From positions 5,644 to 69,643 of the forward strand of contig CAWKAG010000058.1 in the NCBI GenBank assembly GCA_963847455.1: DNA of 64,000 bases. The letters run 5' to 3'. This DNA comes from an uncultured Acidimicrobiia bacterium. GTDB taxonomy: Bacteria; Actinomycetota; Acidimicrobiia; Spongiisociales; JAENVV01. Both the position numbers and the translations under genes were made by a program. The notes under the pieces were generated by a model. The model was not told the origin of the DNA. It made no database searches and was given only the letters and a program-made list of their open reading frames with translations. Shown here in pieces: positions 18,788-27,500 of the stretch. The number at the start of each line of letters is the position of its first letter. Position 1 is the stretch's first letter.

Positions 18788-19186
18788 ATGGAATCCCACT
18801 CCTACGGCATGACGATCACGACCGACCTTGGAATGGAAGCTGCGGAAACGGCGATTCGATCGGCATTGGCCGACCAGGGATTCGGCATCCTCACCGAAAT
18901 CGATGTCGCCGCCACCCTCAAAACGAAGATCGATGTCGATCGGGCGCCTTACCGAATTCTGGGTGCCTGCAACCCGGTTCTCGCCAATCAGGCACTCGAG
19001 ATCGAAGAAGGCATCGGACTGCTTTTGCCATGCAACGTGGCCGTTTACGAGTCAAACGGACGGACGGTGGTGGCGGCCATGGAGCCCGAACTCATGTCGG
19101 GGGTGACCGAAAACAGTGCTCTCGCCGAAGTCGCCGCAGAGGCTAAACGACGCCTCGTAACGGCACTTTCGACCCTAGAAGGCTGA
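18788..19186 (+). CDS. DUF302 domain protein
   Basis: From the ATG at 18788 (track ORF starts 18698): MESHSYGMTITT...FGILTEIDVAATLK...YRILGACNP...LLLPCNVAVYE matches the DUF302 pattern. Confidence 0.8.
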   Translation: MESHSYGMTITTDLGMEAAETAIRSALADQGFGILTEIDVAATLKTKIDVDRAPYRILGACNPVLANQALEIEEGIGLLLPCNVAVYESNGRTVVAAMEPELMSGVTENSALAEVAAEAKRRLVTALSTLEG

Positions 19187-19194
19187 ATCTCGTT

Positions 19195-19222
19195 TTGGAC
19201 AATTGGGATCAGCCCGTAGACT
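19195..19222 (+). promoter_or_regulatory. Candidate sigma-70-type promoter of cspA (TTGGAC - 16 nt - TAGACT)
   Basis: -35-like TTGGAC at 19195-19200 and -10-like TAGACT at 19217-19222. This would leave a roughly 45-50 nt leader before the cspA ATG. Confidence 0.3.
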
Positions 19223-19273
19223 GCCCACAACGGCGGCCGAAGATTGGCTGCTCTTTTAGGAAGTGAAATAGCA

Positions 19274-19474
19274 ATGGCACAGGGAACTGTGAAATTTTTC
19301 AACGCTGAGAAGGGCTTCGGCTTCATCTCGCGAGCAGACGGCGAGGATGTCTTCGTCCATTACTCCAACATCGAAGGCGCGGGCTACCGTTCACTCGAAG
19401 AAGGCCAAACGGTAGAGTTCGAGATCGGCGCAGGACGTAAGGGCGATGAAGCCCAGAACGTTCGAGTCGTCTAG
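19274..19474 (+). CDS. cspA: Cold-shock protein (CspA family)
   Basis: [54 protein letters not shown]1/RNP2 motifs (KGFGFI, VFVHY). AGGAAG RBS upstream. The track ORF starts earlier at 19244. Confidence 0.93.
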   Translation: MAQGTVKFFNAEKGFGFISRADGEDVFVHYSNIEGAGYRSLEEGQTVEFEIGAGRKGDEAQNVRVV

Positions 19475-19496
19475 CGAAATCGTTACAAGATAGAAG

Positions 19497-19525
19497 GGGC
19501 CGCTCATTGAGCGGCCCTTTCTTTT
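19497..19525. terminator. Rho-independent terminator (bidirectional position)
   Basis: GGGCCGCTC-ATT-GAGCGGCCC stem-loop followed by TTTCTTTT. Lies between the cspA stop and the convergent hydrolase stop. Confidence 0.7.
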
Positions 19526-20705
19526 AACGAGGATCAGGCGGACCCAACGTGGTTTCAAGGAACCGGGTAACGACCCCGACCACCGCCCGGGTGCGAGGTG
19601 AGTTCACCGCATCAAAGGCGTGCTGAGCGCCCGGCACCTCGAGATACTCGACACGGCCCCCGGCGTGCTCGGCCGCATCCACAAACGCCCGACTCTCCTG
19701 GGGAGGGACCAACGAGTCGATCGACCCGTGTACCACCAGCATCGGGGGCATCTCAGGGCGCACGTGGTCGATCGGCGAGGCCAAGCGGTACAGCTCAGGT
19801 TTTTGGGCCGGGGTCCCTTTCATCAAAGCAACGGGGATAACCCGCCAGTCGGGGCGGGTCTGGTTGCGGTTCACGAAGTCGAAGATCCCGTAGAGCGATA
19901 CGATCGCCCCGACCGAGCCATCCGAATTCTCAAACTCCGGCTGGAGCGCGAGATCGTCGACGAGACCCGCCACGGAGGCGAGGTGCCCGCCTGCCGAACC
20001 GCCCACCAGGGCGATGCGACCCGGATCAATCCCATAATCGCGACCGGCCGAGCGTGCCCAGACGATCGCCCGGCGAATGGCAACAACCTGATCGAGAAAC
20101 GACGCGGCAGGAGCCAACGGATACCGGATGGCGCAGACCACCCAGCCACGTTGCGCCAGGTGATGAAACAGGGGCACGCCCTGGCTGTGCGGAGCACCGC
20201 CAGTCCATCCGCCTCCATGCACATACACCACCGATGGTCTGGCAGTGACAGCGTCATCGGGCACGAACAAATCGGCCGTCAGGCCTTCGGCGTACTCGAC
20301 GCCACTGATCAGCTTTACGCCCGACGGAACACTTTCGTGATCGCGACGAAAGCGATCCAGCCATGAGCCTGCCAGCCGGTATTGCTCAGGCACCTCTCCG
20401 ACAATCACTCGAGTCGCCCACCAGTCGCGGACCACGATGACGGCCAGCAGTCCGATCGAAACGGCCAACAGGCCTAGGCCGATACGTCCGACGGGTTGCT
20501 CACCAAGCCCACCCCACCACGCCAACCCGGCGACCACAAGACGGAACACCAGAACCACCGGCGACGCTTCCGAGATCAGCATGGCTGGAAGCCAAAGCGC
20601 CGGGAATTTGGCACGGGGATTGGGATTGGACCTCAGCGCATTGATCGAGAACACAACGGCGATCAGGGCGTAGGTAAAGAGCAAGCCAGCAAGCATCCGC
20701 ACCAT
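19524..20705 (-). CDS. Membrane-anchored alpha/beta hydrolase (esterase/lipase, HGGG-type)
   Basis: 393-aa ORF. 3-4 N-terminal TM helices, then the oxyanion motif VYVHGGGW, the nucleophile elbow GGSAGG and the C-terminal VVHGSIDSLV...GAQHAF catalytic His region. Confidence 0.8.
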   Translation of the reverse strand: MVRMLAGLLFTYALIAVVFSINALRSNPNPRAKFPALWLPAMLISEASPVVLVFRLVVAGLAWWGGLGEQPVGRIGLGLLAVSIGLLAVIVVRDWWATRVIVGEVPEQYRLAGSWLDRFRRDHESVPSGVKLISGVEYAEGLTADLFVPDDAVTARPSVVYVHGGGWTGGAPHSQGVPLFHHLAQRGWVVCAIRYPLAPAASFLDQVVAIRRAIVWARSAGRDYGIDPGRIALVGGSAGGHLASVAGLVDDLALQPEFENSDGSVGAIVSLYGIFDFVNRNQTRPDWRVIPVALMKGTPAQKPELYRLASPIDHVRPEMPPMLVVHGSIDSLVPPQESRAFVDAAEHAGGRVEYLEVPGAQHAFDAVNSPRTRAVVGVVTRFLETTLGPPDPR

Positions 20706-20812
20706 TGTGGCATCGCCTCAAGGATGCCGGAACTCCTCTATCGGTCATGGCTTCGAAGAATGCCGATTCCGAGTAGCCTCGAATCACTGGGAAGCACAGG
20801 GAGACCGTCCAG

Positions 20813-23800
20813 ATGGCGGCACCACAACACGCGCTCTATTTACCAAGGCTCGTCCTTGATTGGCTGCGCGAAAAACCCCAGGATGCCTCTGGATCGGTGC
20901 ACGGGACGCTGATCTTCGCCGACGTGTCGGGATTTACAGCGCTCTCGGATCGACTCGCCATCGAGATGGGGCGCGGCGGGTCCGAGAAGGTCACTTCGGT
21001 TATGAATGAGGCATTCTCCGAACTCGTTGAGATCGTCTTCCTGGAACATGGCGACCTCCTCCGTTTCGGTGGCGACGCCCTGGTGGCGCTCTTTACAGAA
21101 GAACACCACTCGGGTCGAGCCTGTCGGGCAGCCATCGACATGCGTGATGCCATCGGCGACATCGATGCCGGAGATATCGACCTCGACATCTCCATCGGGA
21201 TCGCCAGCGGAGACATAGATGTCAACCTGATCGGCCATGGGCACCGCGAGATGGTCCTCTCAGGGCCCACCGTCGACGAAGTGATCGGCGCTGAATCCGC
21301 CGCCAGCGCCGGACAGATCTTCGTCTCGGCCGTACTCGCCGATGAGATTTCCGAGGTCGCCACCGAACACGAGTCCGGGTTTTGGGAATTGGAAGACGAC
21401 CCCGACAGCGCTCCCCTACTGGACGAACCGGACGACCTCACGTTCTCAACGGACAATTCGTTCTCCGACTTCATTTCGCCGGACTTCCGGGGCCTGTTGA
21501 CCCTGACGTTGCAGCAGGGTGAGCACCGGCCAGCTTCGATCGGATTCGTGAAGTTTTCCGGCATTGCCGCCCTCAGCGACGATGAACGGGAGGTGGCGCT
21601 CGACCACCTGTTTGCTGCGGTGACCAGCGCCTGCCACGAGTTCGACGTCGCATATGTTTCCAACGACATCGACAAGGACGGCGGCAAGTTCGTTCTCGCT
21701 GCGGGGGTGCCGAGGCGAACGGCCGGTGAGGAAGGAATGGCGCTGGCGCTCCACAGCATCGTGTCTCAACCTCACAACCTCAAGGTCTCGGGAGGATGCG
21801 CACGGGGGTATGTGTTCTCAGGCGATCTTGGTGCCCCGTCGCGGCGAGTCTTTACCGTCATGGGCGACACGGTCAACCTGTCGGCCCGTCTGGCTGCCGC
21901 TGCTCACGGTGGCCAGGTCCTCATCACCGAGGCCGCCCTCGAACGAAGCCGCGGTGCCTTCGACACCAATCGGCTCGACCCGATTTCACTGAAGGGCAAA
22001 TCGAAGGACATTGCACCGTTTGAGATATTGTCGGCGGAGACGACCGACTCGACGGCCGCCGCAATCCCCCTTTTCGGGCGCGACGTTGAGCTGCGCAGCA
22101 TCACCCGACTGATACGCGATGGAGTCACCGGTTCCGGGACGGTGATAGCCCTCGTCGCCGCCGACGGAATCGGAAAGGGTCACCTGGCCAAGGCTGCCAT
22201 GGAAAAGCTCGACCCGGATATCCGCCGCATCACCGTAGCAATCGGGGCCAGCCAACCGCACAGCGCCAACCGAAGTCTCATGGCCGCTCTGCTGAACATC
22301 GAACATGGAGAATCCACGCTTGCCCAGCTGACGGCGGCGGTGGAAGGCCACAAACCCGAACTCGCCGAATGGCTGCCTCTGCTCGCTCGCAACTGGTCCA
22401 TCGATCTACCCGACACCGAAACCACCGCCACCCTCGGCTCCGAGTTCGTCGCAGCTCGGATCGCTCGAGTGTCCGCCGAACTCGTATTGGCCGCCGCCGG
22501 CGAGGACCCGACGGTCATCCTCATCGAGGATCTCGATCAAGCCGATCAGCCGTCCCGAGCCTTTGTGCACGAACTGGTAAGTCAGATCCAAGACCGGCCC
22601 TGGTCGCTCATCGTCACTTCCCTTACCGATCCAGAATGGGGCTCAGACGCCACCGTTGTCACGATCGACCCGTTCGATGCGCCAACCGCCCAGGGCTTCG
22701 TCCGCTGGGTGTTGGGCGACAAAGCGCTACCGGCGTCCTCGATCGCCCTCATCGTCGAACGAGGCAAGGGAAACCCCTACATGCTGAGCGAACTTACGCT
22801 CAGCGCAGTCGAAGGCGGCGCCGTTCCCGAATCGATCGAAGCGGCCGCGCTATCAAAACTCGACCGACTCGACCCCCGCGACAAGCAGCTCCTCATGTAC
22901 GCCGCCGTCTTCGGGACCGAAGCACGGATCGACCTGCTCGCTTCTCTCCTTCCCGAAATCGCCTCGGCCATCGAAGACTCAGAGTCCTGGAACCGGCTAG
23001 CCGGATTCATCGATACGTCGGTCATCGGAAAGATCCGCTTCCTCGATCCCCTGACCCGTGATGTCGCCTACGGTATGTTGCCTCAGCGTCGCCGACAAGA
23101 AATCCATGAACTGGTCGGCAATGCCATCGAGAAACGAGCCCGGCGGCGTCCAGAGCGTTTCGTCGACGATCTCTCGTATCACTATCACCTTGCCCACGAT
23201 TGGGATCGGTCCTGGAATTACTCCCGGATGGCCGCCGAACGGGCCGAGCACGCCTTCGCCCTGGTGGTGGCTAGTCGATTCTGGCGCCGGGCGATCGAGG
23301 CGGCCGAATCGATGGCTTCCCCGCCTGACGAACTGCCCGAAGCCTACGAGCAGCTCGGCGATGCCCACGAGCGGGCCGGCATGTTCCCCGAAGCCGAGTC
23401 GGCGTACGAACGCGCAACGGAGTTGACCGACGACCACGAAACGATGAACCGGCTTTCTCACAAACAGGGCCTTGTTGACATTCGGCTCGGGTTTCCCGAC
23501 CGGGCCAAAGAGCGATTCGACACGATTCTGGCCCTGCAGGGGACTCCGACTGTCGACCGCCTCGAAGCGATGCTTGGCATCGCCGGCTTGGAAATTCGCA
23601 CCGGCCACCCCGCCCAGGCAGCCGAATGGTGCGACAAGGTGCTCGACGAGGCCGGTGCCGAAGGGTTTCCCAAACAACGCGCCCGGGCTTATCACATCAT
23701 GGCGCTGGCTTCGGCCGACGCTGGTCTGCCGGATGCCGAAGAACAAGCGAAACAAGCGCTTTACATTTACGAGGGACTCGACGACAAGGCAGGCGTTTCC

Positions 23801-24502
23801 AAGGCGCTCAACAACCTCGGTTATCACGCTTTTTACCAGGGCAACTGGGATGCATGCGAGGAATACCATGTCCGTAATCGAGAGGCGACCCAGGAACTCG
23901 GTGATCTGCTGAGCCGGGCGCTGGCCGGTTACAACCTGGGCGAGCTGTACTTGGAACAGGGCCGGTTCGATGAGGGTCAGCCGCTGCTGGAAGAGACCCT
24001 TGCCGCCTTCCGGGGGGCCGGCCACAAGGTTGGTGAGGCCGTTACGCGGATCGCACTCGGCCGGCTCCACTCCAGGCTGGGGCGCGTTGACGATGCGAAC
24101 ACCATGCTTGACCGTGCGCAGGTGGTTGCCGAGGAAGCCAACGCCAAGCAATACCGCAATGACGTCGCTCTGGCGCGCATCGAAGTCTTGCTGATCTCAG
24201 GCGACATCGACGGAGCCTGCGAGATCATCAACAAGGCGATCGAAGTGGGCATTGACGATCCCACCCTGCGCACCCGGCTACATACATTGCAGTGTTACGC
24301 CATGTTCAATTCAGACGGGTCGGGCAACACCCGCGAAACGTTCGAGACGGCCCGGGAGTGGGCCGACACCGTCGGCGCACTCCACCTTCGTTATGGCGTC
24401 GTCGAAGTGGACGCTCGGCTATTTGGCGAAGAAAACGTCCGGCTCCAGGAACTGGCCGAGCAGCTCGGCATCCGGGCCCGTCCCGTGTTCCGGACCTGCT
24501 GA
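20813..24502 (+). CDS. Tandem class III adenylate/guanylate cyclase homology domains + P-loop (STAND/AAA-like) NTPase + TPR array
   Basis: 1,229-aa ORF. CHD1 about 20900-21352 (LIFADVSGFT, RFGGDALVALF). CHD2 about 21524-22027 (VMGDTVNLSARL). P-loop-like AADGIGKGH at 22157-22183. Walker-B-like VILIEDLD. C-terminal TPR-like repeats (for example LNNLGYHAFYQGNWDACEEY, GYNLGELYLEQGRFDEGQPL). Confidence 0.85.
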   Translation: MAAPQHALYLPRLVLDWLREKPQDASGSVHGTLIFADVSGFTALSDRLAIEMGRGGSEKVTSVMNEAFSELVEIVFLEHGDLLRFGGDALVALFTEEHHSGRACRAAIDMRDAIGDIDAGDIDLDISIGIASGDIDVNLIGHGHREMVLSGPTVDEVIGAESAASAGQIFVSAVLADEISEVATEHESGFWELEDDPDSAPLLDEPDDLTFSTDNSFSDFISPDFRGLLTLTLQQGEHRPASIGFVKFSGIAALSDDEREVALDHLFAAVTSACHEFDVAYVSNDIDKDGGKFVLAAGVPRRTAGEEGMALALHSIVSQPHNLKVSGGCARGYVFSGDLGAPSRRVFTVMGDTVNLSARLAAAAHGGQVLITEAALERSRGAFDTNRLDPISLKGKSKDIAPFEILSAETTDSTAAAIPLFGRDVELRSITRLIRDGVTGSGTVIALVAADGIGKGHLAKAAMEKLDPDIRRITVAIGASQPHSANRSLMAALLNIEHGESTLAQLTAAVEGHKPELAEWLPLLARNWSIDLPDTETTATLGSEFVAARIARVSAELVLAAAGEDPTVILIEDLDQADQPSRAFVHELVSQIQDRPWSLIVTSLTDPEWGSDATVVTIDPFDAPTAQGFVRWVLGDKALPASSIALIVERGKGNPYMLSELTLSAVEGGAVPESIEAAALSKLDRLDPRDKQLLMYAAVFGTEARIDLLASLLPEIASAIEDSESWNRLAGFIDTSVIGKIRFLDPLTRDVAYGMLPQRRRQEIHELVGNAIEKRARRRPERFVDDLSYHYHLAHDWDRSWNYSRMAAERAEHAFALVVASRFWRRAIEAAESMASPPDELPEAYEQLGDAHERAGMFPEAESAYERATELTDDHETMNRLSHKQGLVDIRLGFPDRAKERFDTILALQGTPTVDRLEAMLGIAGLEIRTGHPAQAAEWCDKVLDEAGAEGFPKQRARAYHIMALASADAGLPDAEEQAKQALYIYEGLDDKAGVSKALNNLGYHAFYQGNWDACEEYHVRNREATQELGDLLSRALAGYNLGELYLEQGRFDEGQPLLEETLAAFRGAGHKVGEAVTRIALGRLHSRLGRVDDANTMLDRAQVVAEEANAKQYRNDVALARIEVLLISGDIDGACEIINKAIEVGIDDPTLRTRLHTLQCYAMFNSDGSGNTRETFETAREWADTVGALHLRYGVVEVDARLFGEENVRLQELAEQLGIRARPVFRTC

Positions 24503-24528
24503 CACGGCGCAGGCCGGAATAGTCCTAG

Positions 24529-24562
24529 GCGAGACCGGTCGGAGGCGGCCGACCGGTCTCGC
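24529..24562. terminator. 14-bp perfect inverted repeat between convergent genes (terminator-like hairpin)
   Basis: GCGAGACCGGTCGG-AGGCGG-CCGACCGGTCTCGC in the 75-nt gap between the cyclase stop (24502) and the giant gene stop (24578). No strong U-tract. Confidence 0.45.
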
Positions 24563-24577
24563 ACAGGTTCTTTAGGA

Positions 24578-27500
24578 CTACTTCTTCTTGCCCGAGTGGA
24601 TCTTGATGGAGCCACCGCCCAGTTCGGTGGTTCCCTCATCACCGGACGGGTCGGCTCCCAAACCGTTGTCGTAGAGCACGAATTTCGGCCCGTTTCCGGA
24701 CTGCCAGATCTCGATTCGGAAGGTGTCCTTGTCGAAGTTGTCGTTCGGGTTGACGTCCGCATCCATCGCAGTGAGACGGAACTGAAATACACCCTCGTAG
24801 CCTTCCACAACACCAAGTCCCTTGTACTGAGCCTTCTTGCCGGAGATGACCATCCACTCATATGACGTCGACTCGAAGTCGAGGTCGCCGGCTTTCAGTT
24901 CGAACGACGTGTTCCCGGTTGGGACCGACGAGCCCTTCTTGTACTTGGACACGAACCCGAAGTGCGCCTTGCCCACGATCGCGGGATCCTCGTTGTCGCC
25001 CGGCGTGTACGCCCCGATCGGTGAGTTGAACCAGCCTCCACCGGTTACGAAGCCTTCGGCCGGGTCGTAGACGACGATGTAGCGAAGGACCTCGGTTTGG
25101 ACGTAACCCCCTATCCCGTGGGTCACGCGGACTGATACGGGGTAGACACCCGTTGAGCCATAAAGGAAGGTCGCTTCGGTTACTTCATCGTCACCACTCG
25201 TCGAGGAGGTCGACGTAACCGGAAGGTCACCGAACAGGCCATCACCATCAAAATCCCACTCAACCGAGTGCGGGCCACCTGTATCCGAATACGTAGCCGT
25301 GAAGGTGACGGTCGTATCGACCGGTACGATCGACTGGTCGGCCGTCAGCGTCATTGGTCCCTCAGGAACGACCTCGTATGGGACGAGTGTGACTGTCGTG
25401 TTGCCAGCCTTGTCGGTGGCCGTCACCTGGGCTACATGAAGCCCGACAGAGTCGGTCGGCAGTGGCGCCCCATTTCCAACGGTGCCCTTGCACTTGGCGA
25501 TCCCTGTTCCACCGGTGTCGGCGCAGAAATACTGAAGCGGTACCACCGAATTGAGTTCGAGTTTGACGCCTGGGGCGATTGGATTCTCAACAGAGACTGT
25601 CGGCGCCATTGAGTCCACCACGACCGTCTTGGTTGTCAGCGACGCCGACGGGATCGTCGGTTGGGCCCGAACGGTGTGGGTGCCGTCCGCCAATTCGAAC
25701 GGACCGGTGTACCCGCTGAACGGACCAGAGTCGATCGAGTATTCGAGGGCCGCACCTGGTGCGTTGGCGGGGCCGGCTAGAGCGACTTGCGCCGGAGATT
25801 TGTAGATGCCGTTGTTGCCAAGGACTCCGCTTACCTGGATTGTGGGAGGCCCAGGAGGCAAGACCTGGTGCATTTCGGCCTTGTCGGTCGATACGACAAC
25901 CTGCCCATCTCCGCCCAACACCTGGACGAAGAAGTCGACGTTCTCGGCGGCGGTCAAACCGGACACGTTGCCGGTCCACGGACCACTGGTCGACCCGAGC
26001 TCAAGCTTCGTCCAGGCACCCGTGGTTCCAGCCTGCTTATACAGGACAACCACCCGCAAAACGCCGGAATCATCTTCGGCTTCGACTTCGAAGTTCACCT
26101 GTCCGGCGGTGATTTCGACGGCCGACACCCGACTAATCGTGGGTGGCGTGACATCGGCCACGGAATCTGGAACGTAGTAGACCGTGAGGTCCATCGCATC
26201 CCAGCGTTGTTGAGTGCTGGTGCTCGGGAAATACCGGCCTCTTGCCAATAGCAACTGATCAACAGTTCCTCCCGGGTTCTCGAAGCTCGTGATCGCCTGC
26301 AAAGCGTTCGGGAAAGCACCGGTGGTCTCGGTCTCGGGTTCGGCCAATTCGTTGTAGAGAATCGGGCGTGCATAGAGCACATCAAAGTTGGGGAGATCCG
26401 AAGACGTACCGCCTTCGATGATTGCCCCCGCTGCCCGCAAACTAGCGGTTGTGGGCGTGACGTTGATGAGCTCGAGCGGCTGAACCGGGCGGAACGGAAC
26501 CGCCAGGACATCATCTGCGACCAGGTAGTCACCGTCGGTCGCTGCGATCTGAGTGATGGCGGCCGAAGCGCTCACAGCTGCCGACTCGAGCCCGGTTCCG
26601 TCGGGAGCCGTTGAGACTGTCGGATTCACTGGTGCGCTGATCAGACTCTCATGGAGTCGGTAGAACGGCAAGCCGTACAACGTCGCTTCCATCTGCGACT
26701 TGTCGTGATACGGGCTCCACTTGGGCGTCTTGCCGGCCATCGTCTGCTGAGCCGCTACGAAGGCCTCGCCAACCGTGTTACTTGTTTCGATCTTCTGAGC
26801 GAAGAGCGACATCAGCTCCTCCGAGTACGCCTCGAAGTCGCTGTCACCGTATCCAAAGCCGGTATTGCCGACGAACACGGCTTCACGCAGCAGCAGCTCT
26901 TGAGCCCACTCAGTTACCGGGTCGCCCGCCGCCAAATACGAGTCGGGAGCGTTCGTCCCAGCATGGCAGCCCATCGAGAAGATGATCTTCCCTTCATAGG
27001 CGCCTGACGACGGCGGCTGAAGGTCGGCCAGTTGATAGAGGTTCGTGAACGTGTTGGTCAGGTTGCCGGCGGCTGGCAAAGCGGCCGTGTGATCGAAGTG
27101 AGCGTTGGCGTTGACGATCGCCGATGGAGAGTCCATCGCACCCTTCAGCACAAGCTTGTCCCAGGTTTCGCTGACGGTCGAGGTGACTGCGAATCCCTGG
27201 CTCGTGAGCGAAGCTGCGATCGTTGCCGACGAGTCCGAAAGGAAGTCGTAGCCGAGTACCTGTGCTGCTGGGGCAGGATCCGTGGTCGAGACGACGGTTT
27301 CCAGTTCGCCATTCGAAGCCACAAACTGTGCCAATGACGCCAGGATTTCCGCAGGCTGATCGACCAGGCGCCCGGTGGGCAGTTGCGGGATGAACACTTC
27401 GCGGTCGCCTTGCGGCACGTATAGCGGGTTCGGGTCCGAGTACGGAGCGTCGGTGAGAACCGTGCCGTCGCCAAGCGCTGCCACGAGCGGGTTGTTGCCG

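Noticed and set aside
20836-24151. Long antisense ORFs (20836..21759, 22997..24151 and others) opposite the cyclase gene
   Set aside because: They are Arg/Ser/Pro-rich with no motifs, which is typical of shadow ORFs in high-GC DNA. The sense strand has clear cyclase, P-loop and TPR motifs. The same reasoning applies to 19620..20366, 28091..28993, 40973..41836, 42437..43420, 51785..52723, 54016..54897, 55593..56231, 55598..56182, 56347..57126 and 57499..58236.
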